Part shown: in pieces, positions 1-7,610 of the stretch
How positions within the stretch are numbered: position 1 is the stretch's first letter
Layout of the letters: every line of letters starts with the position of its first letter
Virus record (IMG/VR): IMGVR_UViG_3300045988_036397
DNA length: 41,964 bases
Source of the DNA: a virus
Strand: one strand, 5' to 3'
Position numbers and translations under genes: made by a program
Notes under the pieces: generated by a model
Databases searched by the model: none
What the model saw: only the letters and a program-made list of their open reading frames with translations
What the model was told of the DNA's origin: nothing

Positions 1-55
1 GGCTTCAATGGTTGCCGCATTACGGTTTTGGTAATTCTTTAGACGTTCAACGTTA
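1..55. repeat. 55-bp terminal direct repeat, identical to 41910-41964; most likely a circular-assembly overlap
   Basis: Base-by-base comparison shows positions 1-55 equal 41910-41964. The repeat sits exactly at both window ends. Confidence 0.9.
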
Positions 56-243
56 TTCATTGTTGATTCCTCCTGTGTTTTCTGATTACAGTAAGAATCT
101 TAACATGTTTTTTATGCCATATCTTCCATTTATTTCCACGGCATTTTTTGAAGAAATATTTCTTTATATTTTCTTGATTGATACGGTAGAAAAATTTTAC
201 CACATTCGAAGTGCAAAACATGTAAAAAATTGAGGGTGATAAA

Positions 244-837
244 ATGGAAAGTAGAGCTGATTTCCGAGAGCGTGAAGGACTTATTCTTTCGCAGTGCCGG
301 TTGGAATCCGGGCTTTCGCAAGAATATGTAGCCAGGCAGATGGATGTGAACATCCGCACGGTGCGCAACTGGGAAGATGGGCTTTCCCCTATCCGAAACG
401 ATGATCTGTTGATGTGGTTCACCGTCTGCAAACAATCCCCATGGCGCTGGCTGCAGCGAATCTGGATGCCGTCTGCATTCAGCGATACTGATACGCCAAA
501 CTGGACGGACGAGCAGGTAGACAAGGCACTTTCTGATTATATCGCCCAGATGCCGAGCCTGTACAAGCGCCGCCTGCTGTATATCCTTTGTGGGGCGCAC
601 GGGAGCGATTGGGCAGGCCAAATAGATTTGCTGTGTGCTAACGCGCATACATCCATGCAAAGCCGTGTACGCGTCTGCCAGGCCGTAATACAGAACTACC
701 GAATAGATACCGTAACTGGGGATGACCCATGCCCGGAAAGCATCAAGCCGGACTTTGACCGCCTGCAAATATGCCTGCAAGCCGGAGAAGCTGCCGTTCT
801 GGCAGGTGACGGCGAATATAACGCAAGGGAAAAATAG
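244..837 (+). CDS. XRE-family helix-turn-helix protein with an unrecognised C-terminal domain, upstream of the integrase
   Basis: 197-aa ORF with SD GAGGGTG just upstream of ATG 244. The N-terminal segment LSQEYVARQMDVNIRTVRNWEDG fits the Cro/CI-type HTH pattern. The C-terminal ~130 aa are not recognised. Confidence 0.75.
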   Translation: MESRADFREREGLILSQCRLESGLSQEYVARQMDVNIRTVRNWEDGLSPIRNDDLLMWFTVCKQSPWRWLQRIWMPSAFSDTDTPNWTDEQVDKALSDYIAQMPSLYKRRLLYILCGAHGSDWAGQIDLLCANAHTSMQSRVRVCQAVIQNYRIDTVTGDDPCPESIKPDFDRLQICLQAGEAAVLAGDGEYNAREK

Positions 838-938
838 AAAATCCCCTGCCGGTGGTGCCACACCAGCAAGGGATAAAGAGCCGTCAACACAAAAAAGTTG
901 ACGGCATTATTATAGCACATACAAAAAGGAGCCGCAAT

Positions 939-2024
939 ATGAAAAGGACAAATACCGCAAAATGGATTGAAAGCGCCGGGCGTTGGCAAATCAATGTGCA
1001 GAAGAACGGCGTGCGCAAGACGTTTACCAGCGCCAAGCCGGGCCGCACAGGCCAGAGGGAAGCTAACAAAAAAGCAGATGAATGGCTTGACATAGGCGTA
1101 AAGACGGAACGCATTAAGGTTTCTGACGCATGGGAACAGCTGCTACAGCAGAAAAAACTTGTGTCTGATGCAGAATACAAAAACATGGCATCGTTCGGTC
1201 GCTCTCATTTGCTGCCAGCCATCGGGATCAAGTCGATAAAAACCGTTACGGAACAGGATTTCCAAAAAATTATAGATTATGCGTTTCGCCATCCACAGGG
1301 GAACAGCAAAGAGCCCTTATCCAAAAAGACGTTACAGAACTATGCCAGCTACTGCAAGCAGTTTGTGAATTTTTGCCGAAAATCAAAATGGACAACGCTT
1401 GAGCTTGAGGAGTTACAGATTCCGGCAGCATCCAGAAAAAAAGGAAAGAACGTGCTGACAGTTGAAGCGCTGAACACGCTGTTAAAAGTAGATACGACCA
1501 TCATGCGCGGAAAATCTGTGCATGATGAATACATTAATTATTATAGGTTCCAAGTGCTAACAGGCATGCGCCCCGGTGAAATGCGGGGGCTGCGATGGGA
1601 AGACGTTGACGGGAATCTGTGCAGACTGAAGCAGGCAATCAATGCGCACGGTCAAATCACGCAGGGAAAAAACGAAAACGCATTGCGCACGGTAGTGCTA
1701 TCCAGACGCGCAGTGGACGTGCTGGAAGCTCAGAAAGCCGTGACTGGAAAGCAGGAGTACATCTTCCCCATGGCATCCATGCACACCTACTACCACCGCT
1801 GGCAGCGCTATCAGCGCTCTAATCACATGCCGGAGCTGAGCCTTTACGAACTGCGCCACACGTTTGTGAGTATCGCAAAGGAGTTGCCGACTGGCGAATT
1901 AAAGCAGCTAGTCGGGCATAGCGAGGATATGGACACATACGGCACATACTCTCACTACATCGCTGGAGATGACGAACGGACAGCACAAAACCTACAAGAA
2001 ATCTTTGATAGATTGGTGGACTAA
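939..2024 (+). CDS. int: tyrosine site-specific integrase
   Basis: ORF 852-2024. The preferred start is ATG 939, preceded by AAAGGAG. The catalytic signature is present: RPGEMRGLRWEDV, LRHTF, GHS and a final YSHY tyrosine. An attP-like site follows directly. Confidence 0.93.
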   Translation: MKRTNTAKWIESAGRWQINVQKNGVRKTFTSAKPGRTGQREANKKADEWLDIGVKTERIKVSDAWEQLLQQKKLVSDAEYKNMASFGRSHLLPAIGIKSIKTVTEQDFQKIIDYAFRHPQGNSKEPLSKKTLQNYASYCKQFVNFCRKSKWTTLELEELQIPAASRKKGKNVLTVEALNTLLKVDTTIMRGKSVHDEYINYYRFQVLTGMRPGEMRGLRWEDVDGNLCRLKQAINAHGQITQGKNENALRTVVLSRRAVDVLEAQKAVTGKQEYIFPMASMHTYYHRWQRYQRSNHMPELSLYELRHTFVSIAKELPTGELKQLVGHSEDMDTYGTYSHYIAGDDERTAQNLQEIFDRLVD

Positions 2025-2048
2025 AAAGTACACACTAAAAGTACACAC
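2024..2048 (+). repeat. two tandem AAAAGTACACAC copies; putative integrase arm-type sites
   Basis: AAAAGTACACAC occurs at 2024-2035 and again at 2037-2048, immediately after the int stop codon. The same GTACAC core recurs at 2221-2241 on the other side of the core. Confidence 0.5.
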
Positions 2049-2148
2049 TTTTTTTCTTAAATGTATGAAATAATAGAAAAAGTATGTGATAGAGCAAAAA
2101 ATATAGCAATATACCGCTATATTTTTAATCACTAAAAGCATTGTGTAT

Positions 2149-2173
2149 AGTTCGAGTCCTGTCACCTCGACCA
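2149..2173 (+). other. attP core candidate matching the 3' end of a tRNA gene (T-loop, T-stem 3' strand, acceptor 3' strand, A73, CCA); tRNA-Pro-like
   Basis: The sequence AGTTCGAGTCCTGTCACCTCGACCA reads as T-loop TTCGAGT, then CCTGT, acceptor CACCTCG, discriminator A, and CCA. The 5' half of a tRNA is absent: the upstream TATAG cannot pair with CCTGT. This is expected for a phage copy of a tRNA 3' end. The G72/A73 combination implies C1:G72, which is characteristic of bacterial tRNA-Pro. Confidence 0.6.
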
Positions 2174-2181
2174 CAACAAAT

Positions 2182-2219
2182 GCCGTAGATTCGTTTAAAT
2201 CTACGGCATTTTCTTTTTC
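2182..2219 (+). terminator. rho-independent terminator downstream of the tRNA-like core
   Basis: A 9-bp stem pairs GCCGTAGAT (2182-2190) with ATCTACGGC (2199-2207) around an 8-nt loop. It is followed by ATTTTCTTTTT. Confidence 0.7.
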
Positions 2220-2220
2220 A

Positions 2221-2241
2221 AGTACACGTTTTAGTACACAC
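2221..2241 (+). repeat. second pair of GTACAC arm-type repeats
   Basis: AGTACACG lies at 2221-2228 and AGTACACAC at 2233-2241. An inverted copy (GTGTAC) lies at 2264-2269. Confidence 0.45.
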
Positions 2242-2245
2242 TTAC

Positions 2246-2383
2246 CTATTTTCTCTGCAAACTGTGTACCAAATCATTATACACATCCGGACGTGCTTCT
2301 TTCAGCGCATCCATAAACTCATCCAGCACACGCCACACTCGCCCGGTATCGGCCTTTTTTACAATCTCCAAAAATTCACTCAT
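2246..2383 (-). CDS. small hypothetical protein (45 aa), paralogous to the C-terminus of the upstream gene product
   Basis: This ORF is below the track cutoff. ATG 2383 overlaps the stop of 2376-2729 (ATGAGTGA). The product segment RVWRVLDEFMDALKEARPDVYNDLVHSL resembles VLDELMSALYVANPKVYNGVMRKL in the 117-aa neighbour. Confidence 0.45.
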   Translation of the reverse strand: MSEFLEIVKKADTGRVWRVLDEFMDALKEARPDVYNDLVHSLQRK

Positions 2384-2729
2384 CCTGTAAACGCTCCAAT
2401 TTCCGCATTACGCCATTATAAACTTTAGGGTTCGCCACATATAAAGCCGACATAAGCTCATCCAGCACGCTCATCGCATCCGTAAGGTTTACATTTGACA
2501 CAGCCCGTAAAAAGTCACTGCTGCCAATAGCAGCCCTTGTAGGCGGCTCTGCCGCTTCGTAGTAGTGCACAGGCTCTTGCAGTTCTGCTTTCTGCGGAGA
2601 ATGGGACGCATCTGCAAGACGCTGATTTTTCACAACATACAGCGCTGCCAAATTTTTAACTCTGGTCATGGTGAGTTCGCTGTTTTCGATTTCGGCTATA
2701 GCGCCGTCAATCTCTCGCACGTCAACCAT
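2376..2729 (-). CDS. hypothetical protein (accessory cluster)
   Basis: 117-aa ORF with SD GAGGTG upstream. No family recognised. Confidence 0.7.
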   Translation of the reverse strand: MVDVREIDGAIAEIENSELTMTRVKNLAALYVVKNQRLADASHSPQKAELQEPVHYYEAAEPPTRAAIGSSDFLRAVSNVNLTDAMSVLDELMSALYVANPKVYNGVMRKLERLQDE

Positions 2730-2746
2730 AGCCCTTACACCTCACT

Positions 2747-3142
2747 TTAACCGTTTCGCATCGTGTCAATGCAGCGCTGGATGACTTCCCTGTCTTTGCT
2801 GTCAGCCCCGCGCATAATATCTTCCATGCGGGAAATCAGAGAATCGCGCCCATCGTCCATGCTGTAATGGCCACGCACATAATGGGAACCGCGCCGCGCA
2901 TAGCTGCTGCCGCGTCCATAATTGCCGCGCATGTTGGCGCTCCAATCACCATCCCGGCTGTAATCTTCATCGCGGCTGTAGCCACCTTCTTCCAGCATGG
3001 TAATTTTGTCGATGTTCTTGATGGTGTCGGTCAGCTTGTGCACAGTTTCCAAGTCACCAGCAGACATTTCGCCTTTTTTGCCGATTTCGTCAAGCTCATC
3101 GCACAGCATATCCTTCAGATCATACAGGGTTTTCATACTCAT
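2747..3142 (-). CDS. hypothetical protein with a Gly/Arg/Tyr/Ser-rich centre (accessory cluster)
   Basis: ORF 2747-3229 trimmed to ATG 3142, which is preceded by AAAGGAGA. The product begins MSMKTLYDLKDML and has a low-complexity centre (RGNYGRGSSYARRGSHYVRGHY). Confidence 0.7.
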   Translation of the reverse strand: MSMKTLYDLKDMLCDELDEIGKKGEMSAGDLETVHKLTDTIKNIDKITMLEEGGYSRDEDYSRDGDWSANMRGNYGRGSSYARRGSHYVRGHYSMDDGRDSLISRMEDIMRGADSKDREVIQRCIDTMRNG

Positions 3143-3155
3143 TTTCATTCTCCTT

Positions 3156-3578
3156 TCAGCCGACGCGCTCGGCAATGAGATTCGAGTTTGCAAAAAGCAC
3201 CGCCTGTGCACTCGTGTTCTTTGCGGCAACCGTCACGCAGCAACCGCGCGGGACGTCCACAAACGCCGCCACAAACACGTTAAAGTAATTTTCCACTGCT
3301 GCAGGCGTAACCGTTGCAGTGGCGCTGGAAAGCGGTTCTCCGTTGATTGTAAGCGCGGAAGTAATTGCACCGACTGTTCCGCCTGTGGGAATCGCAATGT
3401 TCGCGCCAAAACTCACCTTATAACGCGCCTTGCACTGGTTCGTGATGCCGCGCAGTGTAACGATGCCAGCGCCATCACGATGCACAATGCAGCTTTTTCC
3501 GCAAACTGCCGTTTCGGTAAGCGGCACATTCTGCCCTGCGGCAACGTTCACGATACTGGAATTCGTAAATTCAGCCAT
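3156..3578 (-). CDS. C1q/TNF-like (BclA C-terminal-domain-like) beta-rich protein
   Basis: 140 aa with SD AAAGGAA. The pattern RYKVSFGANIAIPTGG..TINGEPL..VPRGCCVTV..NSNLIAERV resembles BclA-CTD jelly-roll domains of Firmicutes exosporium proteins. This was recognised by eye only. Confidence 0.5.
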   Translation of the reverse strand: MAEFTNSSIVNVAAGQNVPLTETAVCGKSCIVHRDGAGIVTLRGITNQCKARYKVSFGANIAIPTGGTVGAITSALTINGEPLSSATATVTPAAVENYFNVFVAAFVDVPRGCCVTVAAKNTSAQAVLFANSNLIAERVG

Positions 3579-3593
3579 AAAATCATTCCTTTC

Positions 3594-3628
3594 AAAAAAA
3601 GATAGTGGCGGGACGATTGCCCCGCCAC
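3594..3628 (-). terminator. intrinsic terminator after 3692-4468
   Basis: An 8-bp GC-rich stem pairs 3605-3612 with 3621-3628. On the minus strand it is followed by TATC and then seven T. A second hairpin lies at 3653-3669. Confidence 0.6.
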
Positions 3629-3691
3629 ATTTTGCACTATCGGCACGGGGCCGAACATGTCAGATGTTCCGACAAGTTGCCGTATTCATTT

Positions 3692-4468
3692 TTAGCATCC
3701 GCAGCCGTTGCAGCCGCCGCAATTCCCGTACTGATACGGTGCGGGAACAGGGAAAGCCGGAACAGGGCGGGGGTTGTAGTAAGCAAGCTGCCCGCTCATA
3801 TAGGCTTTCAGCGTTTCATTCTGCGCAGCCTGACTTGCGGCAAGCTGTGCGGCAAAAAGCTGCTGGTTCTGCTCGGCAATCTTGGCATCTTTAGCCTCAA
3901 TGCGCTGCGCCGTCAGTGCGTCAAGCACAGCGCGGGCGTTCGCGTTCTGGTTTTCGATGATGTCCCGCGTGCCGTTCTGAATGGTCTGGCGCGTGTCGCA
4001 AGCCTGCGTAGCAAGGTTGTAGTTTACGCCCTGGATAGCCTCGCGGGTCTCGCAGCAGCAATTGGCCTGCTGCATCTGCATGGCAAAAAGCTGCTGCATA
4101 AATGCGGCCTGCTGGTTTGCGCGGCTGATTTCGGCGCTCATAAAGCCCTGCTGCATAGCGTTCTGCACACCGTTGACAAGCTGTGCCTGAGCATAGAATC
4201 CGTCACACAGGCCGTTGTTCACGACATCGATTTTGCGTTCGATGTTGGCAAAGTCGCTGGTGAGGATGTAACCATCGACAGCGCCAGCACCATTACCGCT
4301 GCCAAATCCGTTGTTGCCCCAGTTACCGCCCCAGCCGCAGAAAACGAAGAGGAAGAGAATAATAATATACAGCAAACCATCGCCGCCAAAGCCCCAGCCG
4401 TTGTTATTGCTCGTATTCGCGGGCTGAACAGGCATTGTCATAACAGTGCCGTCCGAAGAAAGACTCAT
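3692..4468 (-). CDS. membrane-anchored Gln-rich coiled-coil protein with a Cys-rich C-terminus
   Basis: 258 aa. A Gly/Asn/Trp-rich N-terminus surrounds one hydrophobic helix (LLYIIILFLFVFCGW). The Gln-rich centre contains a CCC motif, and the C-terminus is GNCGGCNGCGC. Confidence 0.7.
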   Translation of the reverse strand: MSLSSDGTVMTMPVQPANTSNNNGWGFGGDGLLYIIILFLFVFCGWGGNWGNNGFGSGNGAGAVDGYILTSDFANIERKIDVVNNGLCDGFYAQAQLVNGVQNAMQQGFMSAEISRANQQAAFMQQLFAMQMQQANCCCETREAIQGVNYNLATQACDTRQTIQNGTRDIIENQNANARAVLDALTAQRIEAKDAKIAEQNQQLFAAQLAASQAAQNETLKAYMSGQLAYYNPRPVPAFPVPAPYQYGNCGGCNGCGC

Positions 4469-4522
4469 GTTTAACTCCTTTCAAAAGTTGAATGTATTGT
4501 TCACCGTGCGCACGGTTTGAAC

Positions 4523-4741
4523 CTATTGTAAAAAGCTCTGAAACTGCTGCGCCATCGCTTGCAGCTGGTTTAGCTGCTGCTGGCTCATCTTGCCGGATTG
4601 CAGCAGCTTTTCCACCTCTTGTTTGGGGTCGCCCTGAAAGTTATTGCGGAACTGCTGAAACTGCTGCATCATTTGCTGGAATTGTCCCATTGCGCCCGGC
4701 ATTTTGCCGCCGCCAAGAGCGTTAAACAGAGGGTTGCTCAT
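4523..4741 (-). CDS. small Gln-rich protein
   Basis: 72 aa with strong SD AAGGAGG. Sequence includes QFQQMMQQFQQFRNNFQGDP...QLQAMAQQFQSFLQ. Confidence 0.65.
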   Translation of the reverse strand: MSNPLFNALGGGKMPGAMGQFQQMMQQFQQFRNNFQGDPKQEVEKLLQSGKMSQQQLNQLQAMAQQFQSFLQ

Positions 4742-5192
4742 TGTCTGCCTCCTTTTTCTTGCGCGTTAAAGGTTTATCTGCCGCCAGCGCGTCAAAGCGG
4801 GCTGTCAACGCGTTGAACTCTTGCCGTGTGACATATTCCTCTTTAGGTTTTTGCGCGGTCTGTGCGGGCTGTTTCTGGCTTGCCGTGCGTTCCGAGTAGT
4901 CAAAAACGCGCAATGGCTGCGGCATACCGCTGGCATCGGTGGACTTAATGTAAAATGTACTGTTTTCGCTGTCCATCAGCAGCACACTATTCCCCGCCGC
5001 CACCATATACGCTTTGGCGCCCTCTTCGCCCTGCACCCAGATAATAGGCGAACTTTGCTGCGCGGGCTGTTGCTGCGGATACGCTGCCTGTCGGAGCTGT
5101 GCGAGTTGATCGGGCATGGCAGACGGCATCTGCTGCCCCATTGGATAATAGTTCGGCATATAGCCGGGCTGATACGGTACGCCAAACGCCAT
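4722..5192 (-). CDS. hypothetical protein with a Pro/Gln/Tyr-rich N-terminus
   Basis: The track ORF 4722-5198 starts at TTG. ATG 5192 is preferred (MAFGVPYQPGYMPNYYP...). The central block IWVQGEEGAKAYMVAAGNSVLLMDSENSTFYIKSTDASG looks like a folded domain. Function unknown. Confidence 0.7.
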   Translation of the reverse strand: MAFGVPYQPGYMPNYYPMGQQMPSAMPDQLAQLRQAAYPQQQPAQQSSPIIWVQGEEGAKAYMVAAGNSVLLMDSENSTFYIKSTDASGMPQPLRVFDYSERTASQKQPAQTAQKPKEEYVTRQEFNALTARFDALAADKPLTRKKKEADNEQPSV

Positions 5193-5198
5193 AGTCAA

Positions 5199-5576
5199 TC
5201 ATCCTTTCTGCCAGTAGTACAGCGGCACTTCATCGCCGCTGTCCCATGTATCCAGCCAGTCCCCATTTTGCACGCACACAACATGCGTAGCCATTGCCAA
5301 AATATATGTGCCGTCCGAGTGGTCTTTTGCAAACTGCGCCACTGTGTAACAATCCGGGCAGCTGTTTGGCAACGTGTAGCGCTTCCAACCACATCGTCGC
5401 AGATAACTGCCCCAGACATAGTTTGCAGACGGCATATCATGCAGTTCAAATCCTGCCAGAACCAGCGCCGCATATACAGCCGCCCACGATTGATGCGTTG
5501 CGGCTGCAATGGCTCTGACGGTACAATCGCCGACGCGCTTTTGTTCCGGGTTTAGGTTGATTTGCTTGTATGCCAT
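5199..5576 (-). CDS. hypothetical protein; possible Cys-His peptidase-like fold
   Basis: ORF 5199-5687 trimmed to ATG 5576, preceded by AAAGGAG. The motifs RVGDCTVRAI (candidate nucleophile Cys) and MATHVVCV...DTWD (candidate His/Asp) suggest a papain/C39-like arrangement. The functional call is weak. Confidence 0.6.
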   Translation of the reverse strand: MAYKQINLNPEQKRVGDCTVRAIAAATHQSWAAVYAALVLAGFELHDMPSANYVWGSYLRRCGWKRYTLPNSCPDCYTVAQFAKDHSDGTYILAMATHVVCVQNGDWLDTWDSGDEVPLYYWQKG

Positions 5577-5606
5577 CCGAACCGCTCCTTTTATCTTAAT
5601 TGTACA

Positions 5607-5654
5607 CAAAAAAACGGCACACTGTGGGCCACCGAAGTGCCAACATTGTGCCGT
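5607..5654 (-). terminator. intrinsic terminator, second of a tandem pair between the lysis cassette and the accessory cluster
   Basis: An 8-bp stem pairs ACGGCACA (5614-5621) with TGTGCCGT (5647-5654). On the minus strand it is followed by seven T. Confidence 0.5.
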
Positions 5655-5664
5655 CTTTGGGACA

Positions 5665-5700
5665 AAATAAAAAAGGCGCGGCCACAAAAGCAGCCGCGCC
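5665..5700 (-). terminator. intrinsic terminator, first of the tandem pair
   Basis: A GC stem pairs GGCGCGGC (5675-5682) with GCCGCGCC (5693-5700). On the minus strand it is followed by TTTTTTATTTT. Confidence 0.7.
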
Positions 5701-5707
5701 CTTTAAA

Positions 5708-5872
5708 TTAGCCTATTTTGTTTTTGATGCTGCGAACGCGCCGTTTTACCGTGCGCTCGCTACAATTCAGTTCTGCCGCAATATCAGCATTGCGCCAGCC
5801 GCGCCGCCGAAGCTGCAAAACATCCGTTTCTTCATCGGTCAGCAAACCACCGACAAAATCAAACTTTGGCAT
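5708..5872 (-). CDS. small sigma-70 region-4 / LuxR-type HTH protein (54 aa), not in the ORF track
   Basis: Manual translation gives MPKFDFVGGLLTDEETDVLQLRRRGWRNADIAAELNCSERTVKRRVRSIKNKIG. The start lies 2 nt after the holin stop. The HTH pattern is ADIAAELNCSERTVKRRV. Confidence 0.6.
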   Translation of the reverse strand: MPKFDFVGGLLTDEETDVLQLRRRGWRNADIAAELNCSERTVKRRVRSIKNKIG

Positions 5873-5874
5873 GA

Positions 5875-6069
5875 TTACTCATCCTTCTTGTTCTTGCTTT
5901 CTGTCTGCGTGCCAAAATAAAAGGCCACAACCATCGTCACAATGGTCATGACCGTGTCAGGCTGTAATTTCTCCCGCAGCGCCAATGCCGCAAACACTGC
6001 AACGACAACCAGCGTCACAATGGTCTTGACCTTGAAAAGCGCTGCAATGTTCTTGATAAAATCACCCAT
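5875..6069 (-). CDS. holin (two transmembrane helices)
   Basis: The track ORF ends at 6084, a GTG that overlaps the upstream stop. ATG 6069 is the alternative start (MGDFIKNIAALFK...). Two hydrophobic helices and a charged C-terminus (ESKNKKDE) are present, and the gene lies next to the endolysin. Confidence 0.7.
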   Translation of the reverse strand: MGDFIKNIAALFKVKTIVTLVVVAVFAALALREKLQPDTVMTIVTMVVAFYFGTQTESKNKKDE

Positions 6070-6080
6070 AGAGCTGTACC

Positions 6081-6332
6081 TCACTTTCCGTCCAAATCGT
6101 GCAAACGCTGCTCATGCCGTTGCAGCGTTTCATCTTGTTCTTCGTTGTGCTCCCACAACCGTTTATGGCTCGCACTGTTGCTCTTGTCGTTTTCCTGCAC
6201 TTGCTTGGCCACGCTGTCAAGCAGCGCTTTCAGCTGCGTGATACTTGTATTCAACTTCAACAGCGGCGTCGTGACCGTTATAATCAGTCCAGCAAGTACA
6301 ACAATGTCCTTGACGATATCCCAATCTGTCAT
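6081..6332 (-). CDS. BhlA/UviB-like holin-associated membrane protein
   Basis: 83 aa with an N-terminal TM helix (IVVLAGLIITVTTPLL) followed by a charged coiled coil. It sits between the endolysin and the holin. Confidence 0.5.
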   Translation of the reverse strand: MTDWDIVKDIVVLAGLIITVTTPLLKLNTSITQLKALLDSVAKQVQENDKSNSASHKRLWEHNEEQDETLQRHEQRLHDLDGK

Positions 6333-6353
6333 CCTTCACTTCCATTCCGGGCG

Positions 6354-7610
6354 TCAGGCCCATTCGCTTTTATACAGTCCGGCATCCGTCAGGCCGCGTT
6401 CCTTGCACAGCAGGTAAATTGCATCCGCATCTCCCTGGCTCACCGGCCCGATGGTAATCACTTGTAGCTTCCTTTCAGGCTTGTCCACCGCAGGCAGGGC
6501 CTTGACCAGATGATTCAAATCAACCACGGCAGTGATGCCCGGCACGTCGCCCTTTGCGGTCTGGCTGTACTGGTGGATGTATCGCGGCAGCGTCTTGTCG
6601 TAGTTCGTGCGCGTGTCGGCCAGCCATCCGATGTAATCTTCACACAGGTAGGCGTAGTCGATGTTTGCGCCTGCGAACGCCGTGAAGGTGTAAATTCCTG
6701 CCGCGAATCCGTGCGCTTTGGCCTTTTCGCAAAATGCCATTGCGATTGCCGTGCGCTGGTCTTTCGTCAGGTTGTCGGCGCGGCCATCGTGAACGCCGGT
6801 CTTGGTTGTGTGTCCCCATTCGCTGTCGAAGAACAAGGGATAGCCTGTCGGGGCAAGGCTTGCGCAGAAGTCTGCCTCCTCGCGGGCTTCGTCCACCGTG
6901 ATGGCCTGCGATAAGAAATAAAAGCCGAACAGCTTTCCACTTGCTTTAGCCCCGGCAAGGTTGGCATCGTACTGCTCGTCTTTCATCAACTTCCCGCTGC
7001 CGTAGCCGCGATATCCGATGCGAATAATGGCGCGGTAGGGAACCTTTGCCCAGTCGATAGTGCCCTGATGGTGGGACACATCAATCAGCACTTCCTCGCC
7101 GCTTGTCTGCACAGGCTGGCCACCGTATGTGCCCGCCTTGTTGGGTATGCCTGCATACGCAGTCGGGTCAAGGCCCTTGCTCGTGGCAGTTGCTCGCACT
7201 TCAAAGTGGCAGTGCGTCCATGTGCCTGCGGCGTTGCCGGTCTGCCCGACAACCGCCAGCACATCGCCGGTCTTTACTTTCTGCCCTACGCTTGCAAGCA
7301 ACTTGGAGCAGTGGCAAAAATACAGGTAGTTCACTGCATCCGGGGTCTGGTTTGCGTCCAGCTTCACGCAGATATAATAGCCCCATTCCCATGTCTTGTT
7401 GCTCTTGTTCGTCACGATGCGGGCTGTAACGACGGTTCCTGCAATGCTCTTGCCGTTGTAGCCGGGCATACGGATTTTGTCGTCATCCATACCGCAAACA
7501 TCAATGCCGCCGTGCCAGGTCTTTCCGCCGCCGCGCGTGTAACCGTAGCAGCTGTACGGGTACTTCACGAGATTTCTCCCACTGAAAATCATGGTATCAC
7601 TTCCTATCAT
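6354..7610 (-). CDS. bifunctional endolysin: M23 peptidase plus GH25 muramidase, with an unknown C-terminal domain
   Basis: M23 motifs are HGGIDV and HCHFEV. The GH25 motif is IDVSHHQGTIDW, with DSEWGH downstream. The last ~60 aa are unrecognised. Alternative start ATG 7592 has SD AGGAAG. Confidence 0.88.
   Translation of the reverse strand: MIGSDTMIFSGRNLVKYPYSCYGYTRGGGKTWHGGIDVCGMDDDKIRMPGYNGKSIAGTVVTARIVTNKSNKTWEWGYYICVKLDANQTPDAVNYLYFCHCSKLLASVGQKVKTGDVLAVVGQTGNAAGTWTHCHFEVRATATSKGLDPTAYAGIPNKAGTYGGQPVQTSGEEVLIDVSHHQGTIDWAKVPYRAIIRIGYRGYGSGKLMKDEQYDANLAGAKASGKLFGFYFLSQAITVDEAREEADFCASLAPTGYPLFFDSEWGHTTKTGVHDGRADNLTKDQRTAIAMAFCEKAKAHGFAAGIYTFTAFAGANIDYAYLCEDYIGWLADTRTNYDKTLPRYIHQYSQTAKGDVPGITAVVDLNHLVKALPAVDKPERKLQVITIGPVSQGDADAIYLLCKERGLTDAGLYKSEWA

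Noticed and set aside
1-55. The terminal 55-bp direct repeats could be attL/attR core sites of an integrated prophage.
   Set aside because: The repeats are exactly flush with the window ends and no bacterial genes flank them. A separate attP-like site (tRNA 3' end plus arm repeats) lies next to int inside the unit. Assembly overlap of a circular genome explains them better.
852-938. An N-terminal extension of the integrase ORF from the GTG at 852.
   Set aside because: The internal ATG 939 has a proper AAAGGAG SD, and the extension overlaps the end region of the upstream gene.
3605-4474. 289-aa plus-strand ORF.
   Set aside because: It lies antisense to, and is co-extensive with, the well-supported minus-strand gene 3692-4468. 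It has an Ala/Leu/Val/Arg-rich composition and no SD. It is a mirror-frame artefact.
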